DNA from: Heptranchias perlo
Lineage: Eukaryota
Assembly (NCBI RefSeq): GCF_035084215.1
Contig: NC_090340.1
Location: 3,906,001 to 3,970,000, forward strand
DNA: 64,000 nt
Reading direction: 5' to 3'
The position numbers and the translations under genes are program-made. Below are positions 10,122 through 22,100 of the stretch, piece by piece (position 1 is the stretch's first letter; each line of letters begins with the position of its first letter). The notes under the pieces are model-generated. The model was not told where the DNA came from. It worked only from the letters and a program-made list of their open reading frames with translations, and did not search any database.

Positions 10122-13100
10122 GCAGGCTTTTATTTTTGTTGTTATCAATCAATTTTTCCTGAAAAAGAAACAGCATGAAGCCGATAATATATTTGAGGTA
10201 CAATCGGATATTGTTTCATGCTGGATTAATTTGAAGTATTTTTTATCATTTCCCTTGCCAAAGGGAAACATCAAGTTGAGAAAGGTGATGTTATTTTTGG
10301 TCATTCAATGAGGAAACAATTTCATCAGATGGAGAATAATTCTCCGCGTTAGGTACATTCAATTACTAATGTATCAATGGATTGGAATGAAAAACTTATT
10401 TTGGTGGTTCAGATCATCTTCCCTGTGTAAGAATTATTTAATCGTGTGGCTTCTTTTGTTGATAGTTGCTGTGGACATTTCAGGCAAATTGATTCCGGAT
10501 ATTACAAAAAAGAAGGCAGTAAGAGGTACGAACATTACCTTGAAATGTCCTTTTCCCTTCGATCTCAATCATTCAAACATGAAGGTTCACTGGTGGAGAG
10601 AGGGCAACTTTACCTTTCTGAAAGAAGACAGTAGAACACAGTTCCAAATAGAGAAAGGCTGCGCCTTTCTTCATCTCCTGAATGTGACTGTCTCGGACAA
10701 CGGGACGTATCGTTGTGCAATTAAAAATCAGAAGCAAACTGTTGGAAAAGGAACGCGTGTCGAAGTTGTTGTATATGGTAAGTATCAGTGGAACTGGAAA
10801 CTTGAAGAGTTTAGTTGCTGTCGATACTCAAACTACGTTTGACATGGAATTCCAATAAGGAAATGCCCTGTGTATAAAAGAGTACAGCTTTCTAGTTGTT
10901 TATAACGACACGCATTCAACAATATGGAAACTTTCCCACTTCCAGAGTCTCTGCAAAATGTGACAACTGACCTATATCAGCAATGTTATTGAATGTTATG
11001 TTCATCAAGGGAAGTAAATTCAAGGCTGAGAACTAAAATGCTTCTTTCCAATTTTAGCACTAAGTATCACTATGAAACACCTCGGGGTTATTTACAATGT
11101 TATAGATGTTTACAGGTCCAGTGGAGAGAAGAGGTTAGAAGAGGAAGATTCCCATTCCCTCGTTTAGACAGCGCGCTTCCCGCTTCTGCGAACCAGATAC
11201 AATTCCTGAATCGGTGGAACAGGGGTGACACACACGATAAATCAGGTGTCATAGTCCAGACCAAGGTTTAAACTGGATCCTTTACGTACAAATGAAGGAC
11301 ATGTTCTGGCTGTAACAACAGAACGCGTTCTGTACTATTTCAACGGTTTAAGCGCAGCATGGCCATTCGTACATCATAATATCAATAAAAAGAGGTCCAA
11401 CATTGAAAATAAATGTTGTTAAATTCAAAAGTGATACGTCAGTACTGCTGGCAATAAAATTGGATAATACCTGTAGATACAGTGAAGAAAAAAATAGTTT
11501 GAGTTCCAGTCAGGATAAACAATAATTACCGTTACAAATACGATGCCCCGTCACAGGCATTGATTAATTAATGAAAACAGAGTGTAGATAAGAGTACTGG
11601 CCAAATATTTTGCTTTATCTCTTTTTGATTATTACCATTTAGCTGTTCCCACTCCGCTGAAGATTGTCGCCATAACATCCGAAGCGGCTTCTTCCGCTTC
11701 TCTGCGACTGCAGTGCAGAACAACTCCTTTTTACCCGAAGGACTTTAATCTCATCTGGCAAAAAAATGGTACCGAAATCGTGACTGGAGTTGGAACTGAA
11801 CAACAGTCAAACACAGAGGGACTGTATGAAGTTATTAGCACCTTAGAAGAGACACATCCAATCGAGCGCGGCACAATTTACACCTGTCAAGTATATCACG
11901 ATTCAAACTCAATTCCAGCAAATGCCAGCTACACCGTTGGTAACGATGGTAATATTATTGCACACGTTCTACTTGTATCAATTTCTGTGTTTCTTTGCGC
12001 AGTAATTGAGTTTGCATCGCAGATAGTGGGTAAATACAAGAAAACGCGGAAAGTGTTTACTGCATTTGTTTGCATATCATTCTGTCACCTCCGAAGTCTG
12101 ATTTTATTCCAGCTCCCATCGATCGGGTGAAGATTCTCTTTCTGTTGGTTATTGGGATATGATGAGAAATAATTTGGACTCAAGCAACTTGGCTAATATT
12201 GGGCACCAGACCTCAGCATATTTTCCATAATATTTTGCGAACTGGCAAATATTATTGCAAGTTCACTGAGAAAGGGCACGGGTGATACCGGAAACCGAAC
12301 CATGCATCATTGGGATTGGAATCGTTAGTGAGGGTTGGAGGCATGGAGTGGCGGAATTGATGAATTTGACATTCCCGCAGCCATGACGCAATCCAAGGTA
12401 ATCCCGCATCATCAGATGCACAGTGCGGAGCCCTCGAAACTGCACTAAATATGGAATACTTAGGTTGTTCTTGTGGAAAGATGGAAAATGTGTTCGTGAG
12501 GATTTGTTCCGAAAGGCAATTCTAGCAAATTTGTAAATACGTCCCATTATCTGTATGCGTTCGCCTTCAATCAGCAATTGTTATTTAATGTTAAGTTTTT
12601 CAAGGAAAGTAGATTCAAGGCTGCGAACTAAAATGCTTCTTTCTAATTTTAGCACTAAGTTTACGTATAAAACATATTGGGGTCATTTGCAATGTTGTAG
12701 ATGTTTAAAGGACCAATGGAAGGAAGAGGATAAAGGAGGAAGATTCCCATTCCCTCATTTTGATGACGCGCTTCCTGTTTCTGCGATCCAGATAAAATTC
12801 CAGAATCGTCGGTCGGTGAAACAGGCAAGACACACACGATAAATCAGATGCCGTAGTCCAGACCGAGGTTTAAACTGGATCCTTTAGGTACAGATGAAGA
12901 AAATGTTCTCGAACAGCAGAACGCGTCCTGTACTATTCCAACTGTTTAGCACAGCATGGCGATTCGTGCACCATAAAAAGAGGCCCAATTTTGGAGAAAA
13001 AAAATTGTAAATACAACAGTGATACATCAGTACTGCTAGGGAGGAAATTGAGTAATAGAAAACACCCAAAACATATTTAATATTTTCCAACATGTCGCGA

Positions 13101-16100
13101 CCAGATGAATTTTTATCCCAATGAACTATACTCCCATCAATTTGTGGAGGATCATTCTGTGTGTTTTTTCCACCTTTTTACGGATTGCTGCTAATTATCC
13201 AAACTACGCGTTATTTGAAACACGTTGTTGCCGATTTCATGCAAATCAGATGAATAAAGAGTTAATGAAATGGACCTGCTGATGCTTTATGTATTGTATT
13301 AGTGTATTCTCATAGGATTATTTTTGTAAGTGATGTTTGTGATATATAAACTTACGTATATTCATTTTAATTTCCAAATTTTCTAATTTTGTTTAGATAT
13401 CAATCTGATAGATGTTGACTCTGCATTCAGTGTTGCTCTGATCGCTAAATGTGCCGGGATTGCAGTGGTAATTCTACTGTTGACAGTTATGATTGTGAAG
13501 GGACTTCAATTCATTACATCCAAAGGTATGAAGCATCCCGACTTTCTTGATCATTGACTATCTGTTAGCAAATTATAACAAATTCCTTAAATTAGAAATT
13601 AACGTTATAATTGATACCGATACACGCAGGCAGAGACTGTATAACATCAGTATCACATCATTGGTAGTGGAGCTGCCCAGTTGTACAAACTATCCGAGGG
13701 ATTAATGTTTAAATATTTCTGAACGTTCATCCCCATATCTGTTTGCTTCAACTCAAATATTAGATCATAACGCGACATTAGCAGTCTTGTAGCTGGAGTT
13801 TGCTGAACTCTGTTGGTGTAGGTCTAAATCTCGTGCAGTGAATGTCTTGGGTGCATGAAGTTTACACAGCTTCATCACAAGGGACATAACACAATGGAAG
13901 CGCGCGTTTCTAGAAACCTGGAGATAAAGCGTGATACTTGGGGCCCTATTAGATCCTGCGAACTAAACTAATTGCATTTGATTTCGTGGTTCTTGTGAAA
14001 CACCGAAATATTGAGCAATTCTTGGCGATTCATTTCGATTTTATTTCCCGCCAGGTACAACGAGAAATCCAGTGAATTCTGCTCGGCATGAAGATCGGGT
14101 AACGTCACCTTACTTTTCACTCTACTTTGTTTCAAAAGGACTGAGATTTTGCACTCAAATGAGACCACGTTAAGAATGTTTCCTGCTTGGATTTATTCTG
14201 TGCTTCTAGCTGTTCTGTAATAAAAAAAGCAATTTGTGCTAAAAAAAATAACATTGTAATATAGAATAACGAACGGTGTGTTTAGAAACTCTCGCATCGA
14301 TTTTAAAAGGACAGATATATTATAGAATCATAGAATCATAGAAGTTACAACATGGAAACAGGCCCTTCGGCCCAACATGTCCATGTCGCCCAGTTTATAC
14401 CACTAAGCTAGTCCCAATTGCCTGCACTTGGCCCATATCCCTCGATACCCATCTTCCCCATGTAACTGTCCAAATGCTTTTTAAAAGACAAAATTGTACC
14501 CGCCTCTACTACTGCCTCTGGCAGCTCGTTCCAGACACTCACCACCCTTTGAGTGAAAAAATTGCCCCTCTGGATCCTTTTGTATCTCTCCCCTCTCACC
14601 TTAAATCTGTGCCCCCTCGTTATAGACTCCCCTACCTTTGGGAAAAGATTTTGACTATCGACCTTATCTATGCCCCTCATTATTTTATAGACTTCTATAA
14701 GATCACCCCTTAACCTCCTACTCTCCAGGGAATAAAGTCCCAGTCTGTCTAACCTCTCCCTGTAAGTCAAACCATCAAGTCCCGGTAGCATCCTAGTAAA
14801 TCTTTTCTGCACTCTTTCTAGTTTAATAATATCCTTTCTATAATAGGGTGACCAGAACTGTACACAGTACTCCAAGTGTGGCCTCACCAATGCCCTGTAC
14901 AACTTCAACAAGACATCCCAACTCCTGCATTCAATGTTCTGACCAATGAAACCAAGCATGCTGAATGCCTTCTTCACCACCCTATCCACCTGTGACTCCA
15001 CTTTCAAGGAGCTATGAATCTGTACTCCCAGATCTCTTTGTTCTATAACTCTCCCCAACGCCCTACCATTAACGGAGTAGGTCCTGGCCCGATTCGATCT
15101 ACCAAAATGCATCACCTCACATTTATCTAAATTAAACTCCATCTGCCATTCATCGGCCCACTGGCCCAATTTATCAAGATCCCGTTGCAATCCTAGATAA
15201 CCTTCTTCACTGTCCACAATGCCACCAATCTTGCCTCCTAAATTCTCATCCAAATCATTAATATAAATAACAAATAACAGCGGACCCAGCACCGATCCCT
15301 GAGGCACACCGCTGGACATAGGCATCCAGTTTGAAAAACAACCCTCGACAACCACCCTCTGTCTTCTGTCGTCAAGCCAATTTTGTATCCAATTGGCTAC
15401 CTCACCTTGGATCCCATGAGATTTAACCTTATGTAACAACCTACCATGCGGTACCTTGTCAAATGCTTTGCTGAAGTCCATGTAGACCACGTCTACTGCA
15501 CAGTCCTCATCTATCTTCTTGGTTACCCCTTCAAAAAACTCAATCAAATTCGTGAGACATGATTTTCCTCTCACAAAACCATGCTGACTGTTCCTAATTA
15601 GTCCCTGCCTCTCCAAATGCCTGTAGATCCTGTCCCTCAGAATACCCTCTAACAACTTACCCACTACAGATGTCAGGCTCACTGGTCTGTAGTTCCCAGG
15701 CTTTTCCCTGCCGCCCTTCTTAAACAAAGGCACAACATTTGCTACCCTCCAATCTTCAGGCACCTCACCTGTCGCGGTGGATGATTCAAATATCTCTGCT
15801 AGGGGACCCGCAATTTCCTCCCTAACCTCCCATAACGTCCTGGGATACATTTCATCAGGTCCCGGAGATTTATCTACCTTGATGCGCGTTAAGACTTCCA
15901 GCACCTCCCTCTCTGTAATATGTACACTCCTCAAGACATCACTATTTATTTCCCCAAGTTCCCTAACATCCATGCCTTTCTCAACCGTAAATACCGATGT
16001 GAAATATTCATTCAGGATCTCACCCATCTCTTGTGGTTCCGCACTTAGATGACCTTGTTGATCCTTAAGAGGCCCTACTCTCTCCCTAGTTACCCTTTTG

Positions 16101-19100
16101 CCCTTTATGTATTTGTAGAAGCTCTTTGGATTCACCTTTGCCTGATCTGCCAAAGCAATCTCATATCCCCTTTTTGCCCTCCTGATTTCTCTCTTAACTC
16201 TACTCCGGCAATCTCTATACTCTTCAAGGGATCCACTTGATCCCAGCTGCCTATGCATGTCATATGCCTCCTTCTTATTTTTGACTAGTGCCTCAATCTC
16301 CCGAGTCATCCAAGGTTCCCTACTTCTACCAGCCTTGCCCTTCACTTTATAAGGAATGTGCTTACCCTGAACCCTGGTTAACACACTTTTGAAAGCCTCC
16401 CACTTACCAGACGTCCCTTTGCCTGCCAACAGACTCTCCCAATCAACTTCTGAAAGTTCCTGTCTAATACCATCAAAATTGGCCTTTCCCCAATTTAGAA
16501 TTTTAACTTCTCTTAACTTCTCCATAGCTATCTTAAAACTAATGGAATTATGATCACTGGTCCCAAAGTGATCCCTCACTAACACTTCTGTCACCTGCCC
16601 TTCCTTATTTCCCAAGAGGAGGTCAAGTTTTGCCCCCTCTCTAGTCGGGCCATCCACATACTGAATGAGAAATTCCTCCTGAATACACTCAACAAATTTC
16701 TCTCCATCCAAGCCCCTAATGCTATGGCTGTCCCAGTCAATGTTGGGAAAGTTAAAGTCCCCTACTATTACCACCCTATTTTTCTTGCAGCTGTCTGTAA
16801 TCTCCTTACATATTTGCTCCTCAATTTCCCGTTGACTATTTGGGGGTCTGTAGTACAATCCTATCAAAGTGATCTCTCCCTTCTTATTTTTCAGTTCTAC
16901 CCATATGGACTCAGTGGGCGAACCCTCGGATATATCCCCTCTCACTACTGCCGTGATGTTCTCCCTAATCAAGAACGCAACTCCCCCTCCTCTCTTACCT
17001 CCTGCTCTATCTTTCCTATAGCATCTGTACCCTGGAACATTGAGCTGCCAGTCCTGCCCCTCCCTGCCCCTCCCTTAGCCATGTACCCATCCATGCCCTG
17101 AGTTCATCTGCCTTGCCCATCAGACTTCTTGCATTGAAATAAATGCAGTTTAATCTAGACTTCCCTTGGTCTTTGCCCTGCTTTCTCAGACCATCTGTCC
17201 GGTCATGTTCTGTACACTCTCCCTTACTGCCTTTTGTTTCTGTCACCACTTTATTTCCCACTGACTTCCTGCATCGGTTCCCATCCCCCTGCCACATTAG
17301 TTTAAACCCTCCCCAACAGCACTGGCAAACACTCCCCCTAGGACATTGGTTCCAGTCCTGCCCAGATGCAGACCGTCCAATTTGTACTGGTCCCACCTCC
17401 CCCAGAACCGGTTCCAATGGCCCAGGAATTTGAATCCCTCCAGCTTGCACCATCTCTCAAGCCACGTATTCATCTTAGCTATCCTGTCATTCCTACTCTG
17501 ACTAACCCGTGGCACTGGTAGCAATCCTGAGATTACTACCTTTGAGGTCCTACTCGTTAGTTTAACTCCTAACTCCCTAAATTCAGCTTGTAGGACCTCA
17601 TCCTGTTTTTTACCTATATCGTTGGTGCCTATATGCACCACGACAACTGGCTGTTCACCCTCCCCCTCCAGAATGTCCTGCAGCCGCTCCGAGACATCCT
17701 TGACCCTTGCACCAGGGAGGCAACATACCATCCTGGCGTCTCGGTTGCGTCCGCAGAAACGCCTGTCTATTCCCCTTACAATCGAGTCCCCTATCACTAT
17801 AGCTCTGCCACTCTTTTTCCTGCCCTCCTGTGCAGCAGAGCCAGCCACGGTGCCATGAACCTGGCCACTGCCACCTTCCCCTGGTGAGCCATCTCCGCCA
17901 ACAGTATCCAAAACGGTATACCTGTTTTGGAGGGAGATGACCGCAGGGGACCCCTGCACTGCCTTCCTACTCTTCCTCTGTCTGTTGGTCACCCATTCAC
18001 AATCTCCCTCAGTAATTTTTATCTGCGGTGTGACCAACTCACTGAACGTGCTATCCACGACTTTCTCAGCATCGCGGATGCTCCAAAGTGAGTCCATCCG
18101 CAGCTCCAGAGCCGTCAAGCGGTCAAACAATAGCTGCAGCTGGACACACTTCCCGCAGGTGAAGGAATCAGGGATACAGGAAGGAGCCCTGAATTCCCAC
18201 ATCCCACAAGAGGAACATGACACGGCGCTGGGATCTCCTGCCATGACTTAACCCTTAAATTAGCTTAAGAACAACTACAATGTCAAGAGAAAAAAAAAGG
18301 AAAGAAAAACTACTTACCACTCCCTTTAAGGAGTTTACTCCTTTAAATTGTTCTCAATTTAGAGAATGTTAACTACACTAGGGACCTTGATTCACTAAAA
18401 AATAAACGCTACTTCCTATAAGACCTGCAGACCTTCCCTTTCCTTTTACTTCAGTTACTGTAGATAAGGAGAAATACTCACCTGAACCTACTCACCAATC
18501 AGGTGCCTCCCCTGTGTCGCGTCCCGATCTGATTCCTGACGTCACTTCGAACTCGGTCGCAGCTCCGCTCGGCTCCTCTCAGCTGTTCTCAGCGCTCTGA
18601 AATCCCGCCTTTTATCCGACGCTCCCTCCGCTCGGCTCGGCTCCTCTCAGCTGTTCTCAGCGCTCTGAAATCCCGCCTTTTATCGGACGCTCCCTCCGCT
18701 CGGCTCGGCTCCTCTCAGCTGTTCTCAGCGCTCTGAAATCCCGCCTTTTATCGGACGCTCCCTCCGCTCGGCTCGGCTCCTCTCAGCTGTTCTCAGCGCT
18801 CTGAAATCCCGCCTTTTATCGGACGCTCCCTCCGCTCGGCTCGGCTCCTCTCAGCTGTTCTCAGCGCTCTGAAATCCCGCCTTTTATCGGACGCTCCCTC
18901 CGCTCGGCTCGGCTCCTCTCAGCGCTCTGAAATCCCGCCTTTTATCGGAAGCTCCCTCCGCTCGGCTCGGCTCCTCTCAGCTGTTCTCAGCGCTCTGAAA
19001 TCCCGCCTTTTATCGGACGCTCCCTCCGCTCGGCTCGGCTCCTCTCAGCTTCTACCTTCTTAAAAATTGCCTTAATATTTAAAGCACAACAGTAGTATTG

Positions 19101-22100
19101 AGCATTACAAAACGTTGTTCGTTTCTTTGTGCTAACCAGGTGATGGCATGGAGATGTAAACTCCCAACATTGATCCTTGTTCATCAATTGACAACAGAAC
19201 TCCATAGTCGATTTGGACCTTCCTAAACAGTCCATTATTGTTACCATACTTCCACTCCGCCTTTCTGCGCTGCGTCCGTTTAGACCGGTGACCTAACCTG
19301 CCTTCTCCCAGGTGACCGAACCCAAAGGGTATAGGCCGTGCAGCCAATCTGCGGTTATCTTTCATAAGCTAGTGGCCTCAAACAGTGTCATATTAGAGGC
19401 TGTTCCCGCCCATAGTTCCAAAAGTGGAGGCGTGGAAGTTGGATCAAGTTGCTGTTAGAGCACACATTTCTTTATTATTCAGTCTCGGGATCTGGGTTTC
19501 GTTGGCAAGGCCGATATTTATTGCCCATTCCCTAGTTATCCTGAGAAGGTGGTGGTGGGCTTTCTTCTTGAACCGCTTTAGAAATTAAGTGGCTTGCTCG
19601 GCCACTTCAGAGGACAGTTAAGAGTTAACCACTTTGTTGTACGTCTGGATTTACTAGTAGGCTGGACCGGGTAAGGATGGCAGGTTTCCTTCCCTAAAGG
19701 ATATTATAGAACCAGCTGGGTTCTTACGACAATTCAACAGATTCCTGTCACTGTCACTGATACCAGCTTTTTTCCCAAATATTTTAAACTAAATTCAAGT
19801 TCTCAAACTATTATTTAAACTCAGCTGCTCAGGATTATTATTCCAGGCCCCTGGATATGGTGACTAAAGTTGAAAAAATATTCTGGAATTATATGCGCTT
19901 CACCATTTTAGGAATAATGTGACATCGCTTTCTACCTTCCTTATAAACATCGAGTCAGCATGAGATGTTTGCTCGGCTCAGGGCCATGGACCCTCCCCTA
20001 AGCGGGCATTGTGCCCCCAGTGACATGCAAATCAATATCCAATTATATGATAGTCTCACCAGAGAGCTCTAACAATAAGACCCGTACTTTGTCTGCGTTG
20101 TATACTGTGATCTGGCACATGCCCACATGTGCGTTCCTACTAGATTCCAAATGATAAGGATTGCGATGAATCCTGGTCAATTATGGACCAACAAGTTATT
20201 CAATTTTATATGGCATACATGAATCATAGATTCATAGAAAATGTACGGCACAGAAGGAGGCAATTCGGCCCATCGTGTCCGCGCTGGCTGAGAAACGAAC
20301 CACACAGCCTAATCCCACTTTTCCGTATTTGGTCCAGAGCCCTGCAGGTCTCGGCTCTTCAGGTGCACATCGAGGTAATTTTTAAATGAGTTGAAGGTTT
20401 CTGCCTCTACCACCCTCTCAGGCAATGAGTTCCAGACCGCCCCCCACCACCCCCCCCCCCCCCACCATCTGGGTGAAAAAATCCTCATTTCTGCTCTAAT
20501 CCTGCCACCAATCACTTAAAATCTATGATCTCTGGTTATTCACCCTCTGCTAAGGGAATTATCAACTCACTCTAGGCCCCTCATAATTTTGTACAGCCCA
20601 CCACTATCACCCCCAGCCTCCTCTGTTCCAAAGAAAACAACCCAAGCCTACCGAATCTGTCATCATAGCTAAAATTCTCCAGCCCTGGCAACATCCTCGT
20701 AAATCTCCCCTGTACCCTCGATAGCGCAATTACATCCTTCGTGTAATGTGGTGACCAGAACTGTGCGTACTTCTCAAGCTGTGGCCTAACTAGTGTTTTA
20801 TACAGTTCCAGCATAACATCCCTGCTTTTATATTCTATGCTTTGGCTAATAAAGAAAGCATTCCATATGCCTTCTTAACCACTTCATCTACCTGTCCTAC
20901 TACTTTCAGGGATCTGCGGACATGCACTCCAAGGACCCTCGCTTCTTCTACAACTCTTAGTATCCTCCCATTTATTGTTTATTCCCTTGCCTTGTTTGCT
21001 TTCCACAAATGCATCACCTCACACTTCTCCAGATTGAACTCCATTTGCCACCTTTCTGCCCACCTGACCAGTCCATTGAAATCTTCTTGCAGTCTACAGC
21101 TTTCCGCCTCACTATCAACCAAACGACCTATCTTTTTGTCAACCGCAAATTTCTTAATCATGCCCTCTATGGTAAATTCCAAATCGTTGATGTATACCAC
21201 GAAAAGCAAAGGACCTTGTACCGAGCCCCGCGGCACCCCACTGGAAACAGCCTTCCAGTCGCAAAAACACCCGTCGACAATTACCCTTTGCTACCTGCCA
21301 CTGACCCAATTTTAGATCCAATTTGCCACATTCCCTTGCATCCCATGGGCCTTTACTAATGATTATGTTTATCACAGCAAGATTGACCAAGTTTCTATAA
21401 CTACTCCTATATTATGAAACGAAGATCCATTATATGGGCCGACGGCCTGGAATTTCCTTTCATAGATCCAACGCGGAGGTTAGATTCGATAACGGTTACA
21501 TTCCCGTGCTCATTCTGCCAAAGTTGTTAGGCTCCAATTTACTGTCAATCTCATTTCAATACGCTCCACCGTAAAATGGGAGTGAATCACCTTATACACT
21601 CGGGGCCCAAGCAAAGCACCGAGCTGAAACGATATATTCCTTCTTTAAGTAAAAAAAAGTAAGGTTTCAATTCATTCATCCATCATAAGTACGTCATTGT
21701 GTGTAAAGCGATTCGGAATGTCCTGCGATTCTGAAAGGCGCTATACAATGCAAAATCATCCTTTATTGATGAACGTTAAGCACTATGTTTAGGCACGCAC
21801 AATCGGGGAAACTTTTCAAGTTGTAAGGTGACTTCTCTTTGTGCTATAAAATCCATGAAAAGAAACATCGAACGGAGTGCCGGTCGCAGTAATCATACAT
21901 GAAATAAAACGCTCGGTAAATTACAATAGAACACCGGAAAATCACGTTGTTTCCTACTGCGCCTCAACAACAGGTAGTAATTTTAAGAGAGCCCCTGGGC
22001 AAGTGCAACTGCAGGAAACTTGCGTATTAGTCCCTGTAAATTGGGACTGGGGCCATATTTATGGTCGGAGATTTGTTCAGTTGGAGGTATTGATAGACAG

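Larger units (their letters stand above)
14323..19050 (-). mobile_element. Near full-length CR1 LINE, antisense in gene 1 intron 5
   Basis: 5' tandem monomers, intact ORF1, ORF2 APE-RT, 3' (TTCTATGA)n tail at about 14323-14343. Confidence 0.95.

Noticed and set aside
10993-12842. Similar 92/95-aa ORFs (SRLRTKMLLSNFSTK) as coding paralogues
   Set aside because: They lie in the intronic direct repeats, lack splice signals or domains, and the similarity runs beyond the ORFs with indels.
14474-18251. Several + strand ORFs over the CR1
   Set aside because: Antisense shadows of CR1 ORF1 and ORF2.
18562-19050. CRISPR-like regular repeat array
   Set aside because: Head-to-tail identical units with no unique spacers, no cas genes, eukaryotic context; it is the CR1 5' UTR.
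19312-19328. Alternative 17-nt phase 1-to-0 cytoplasmic micro-exon for gene 1
   Set aside because: Good acceptor but weak donor (GTATAG); 14055-14098 fits better.
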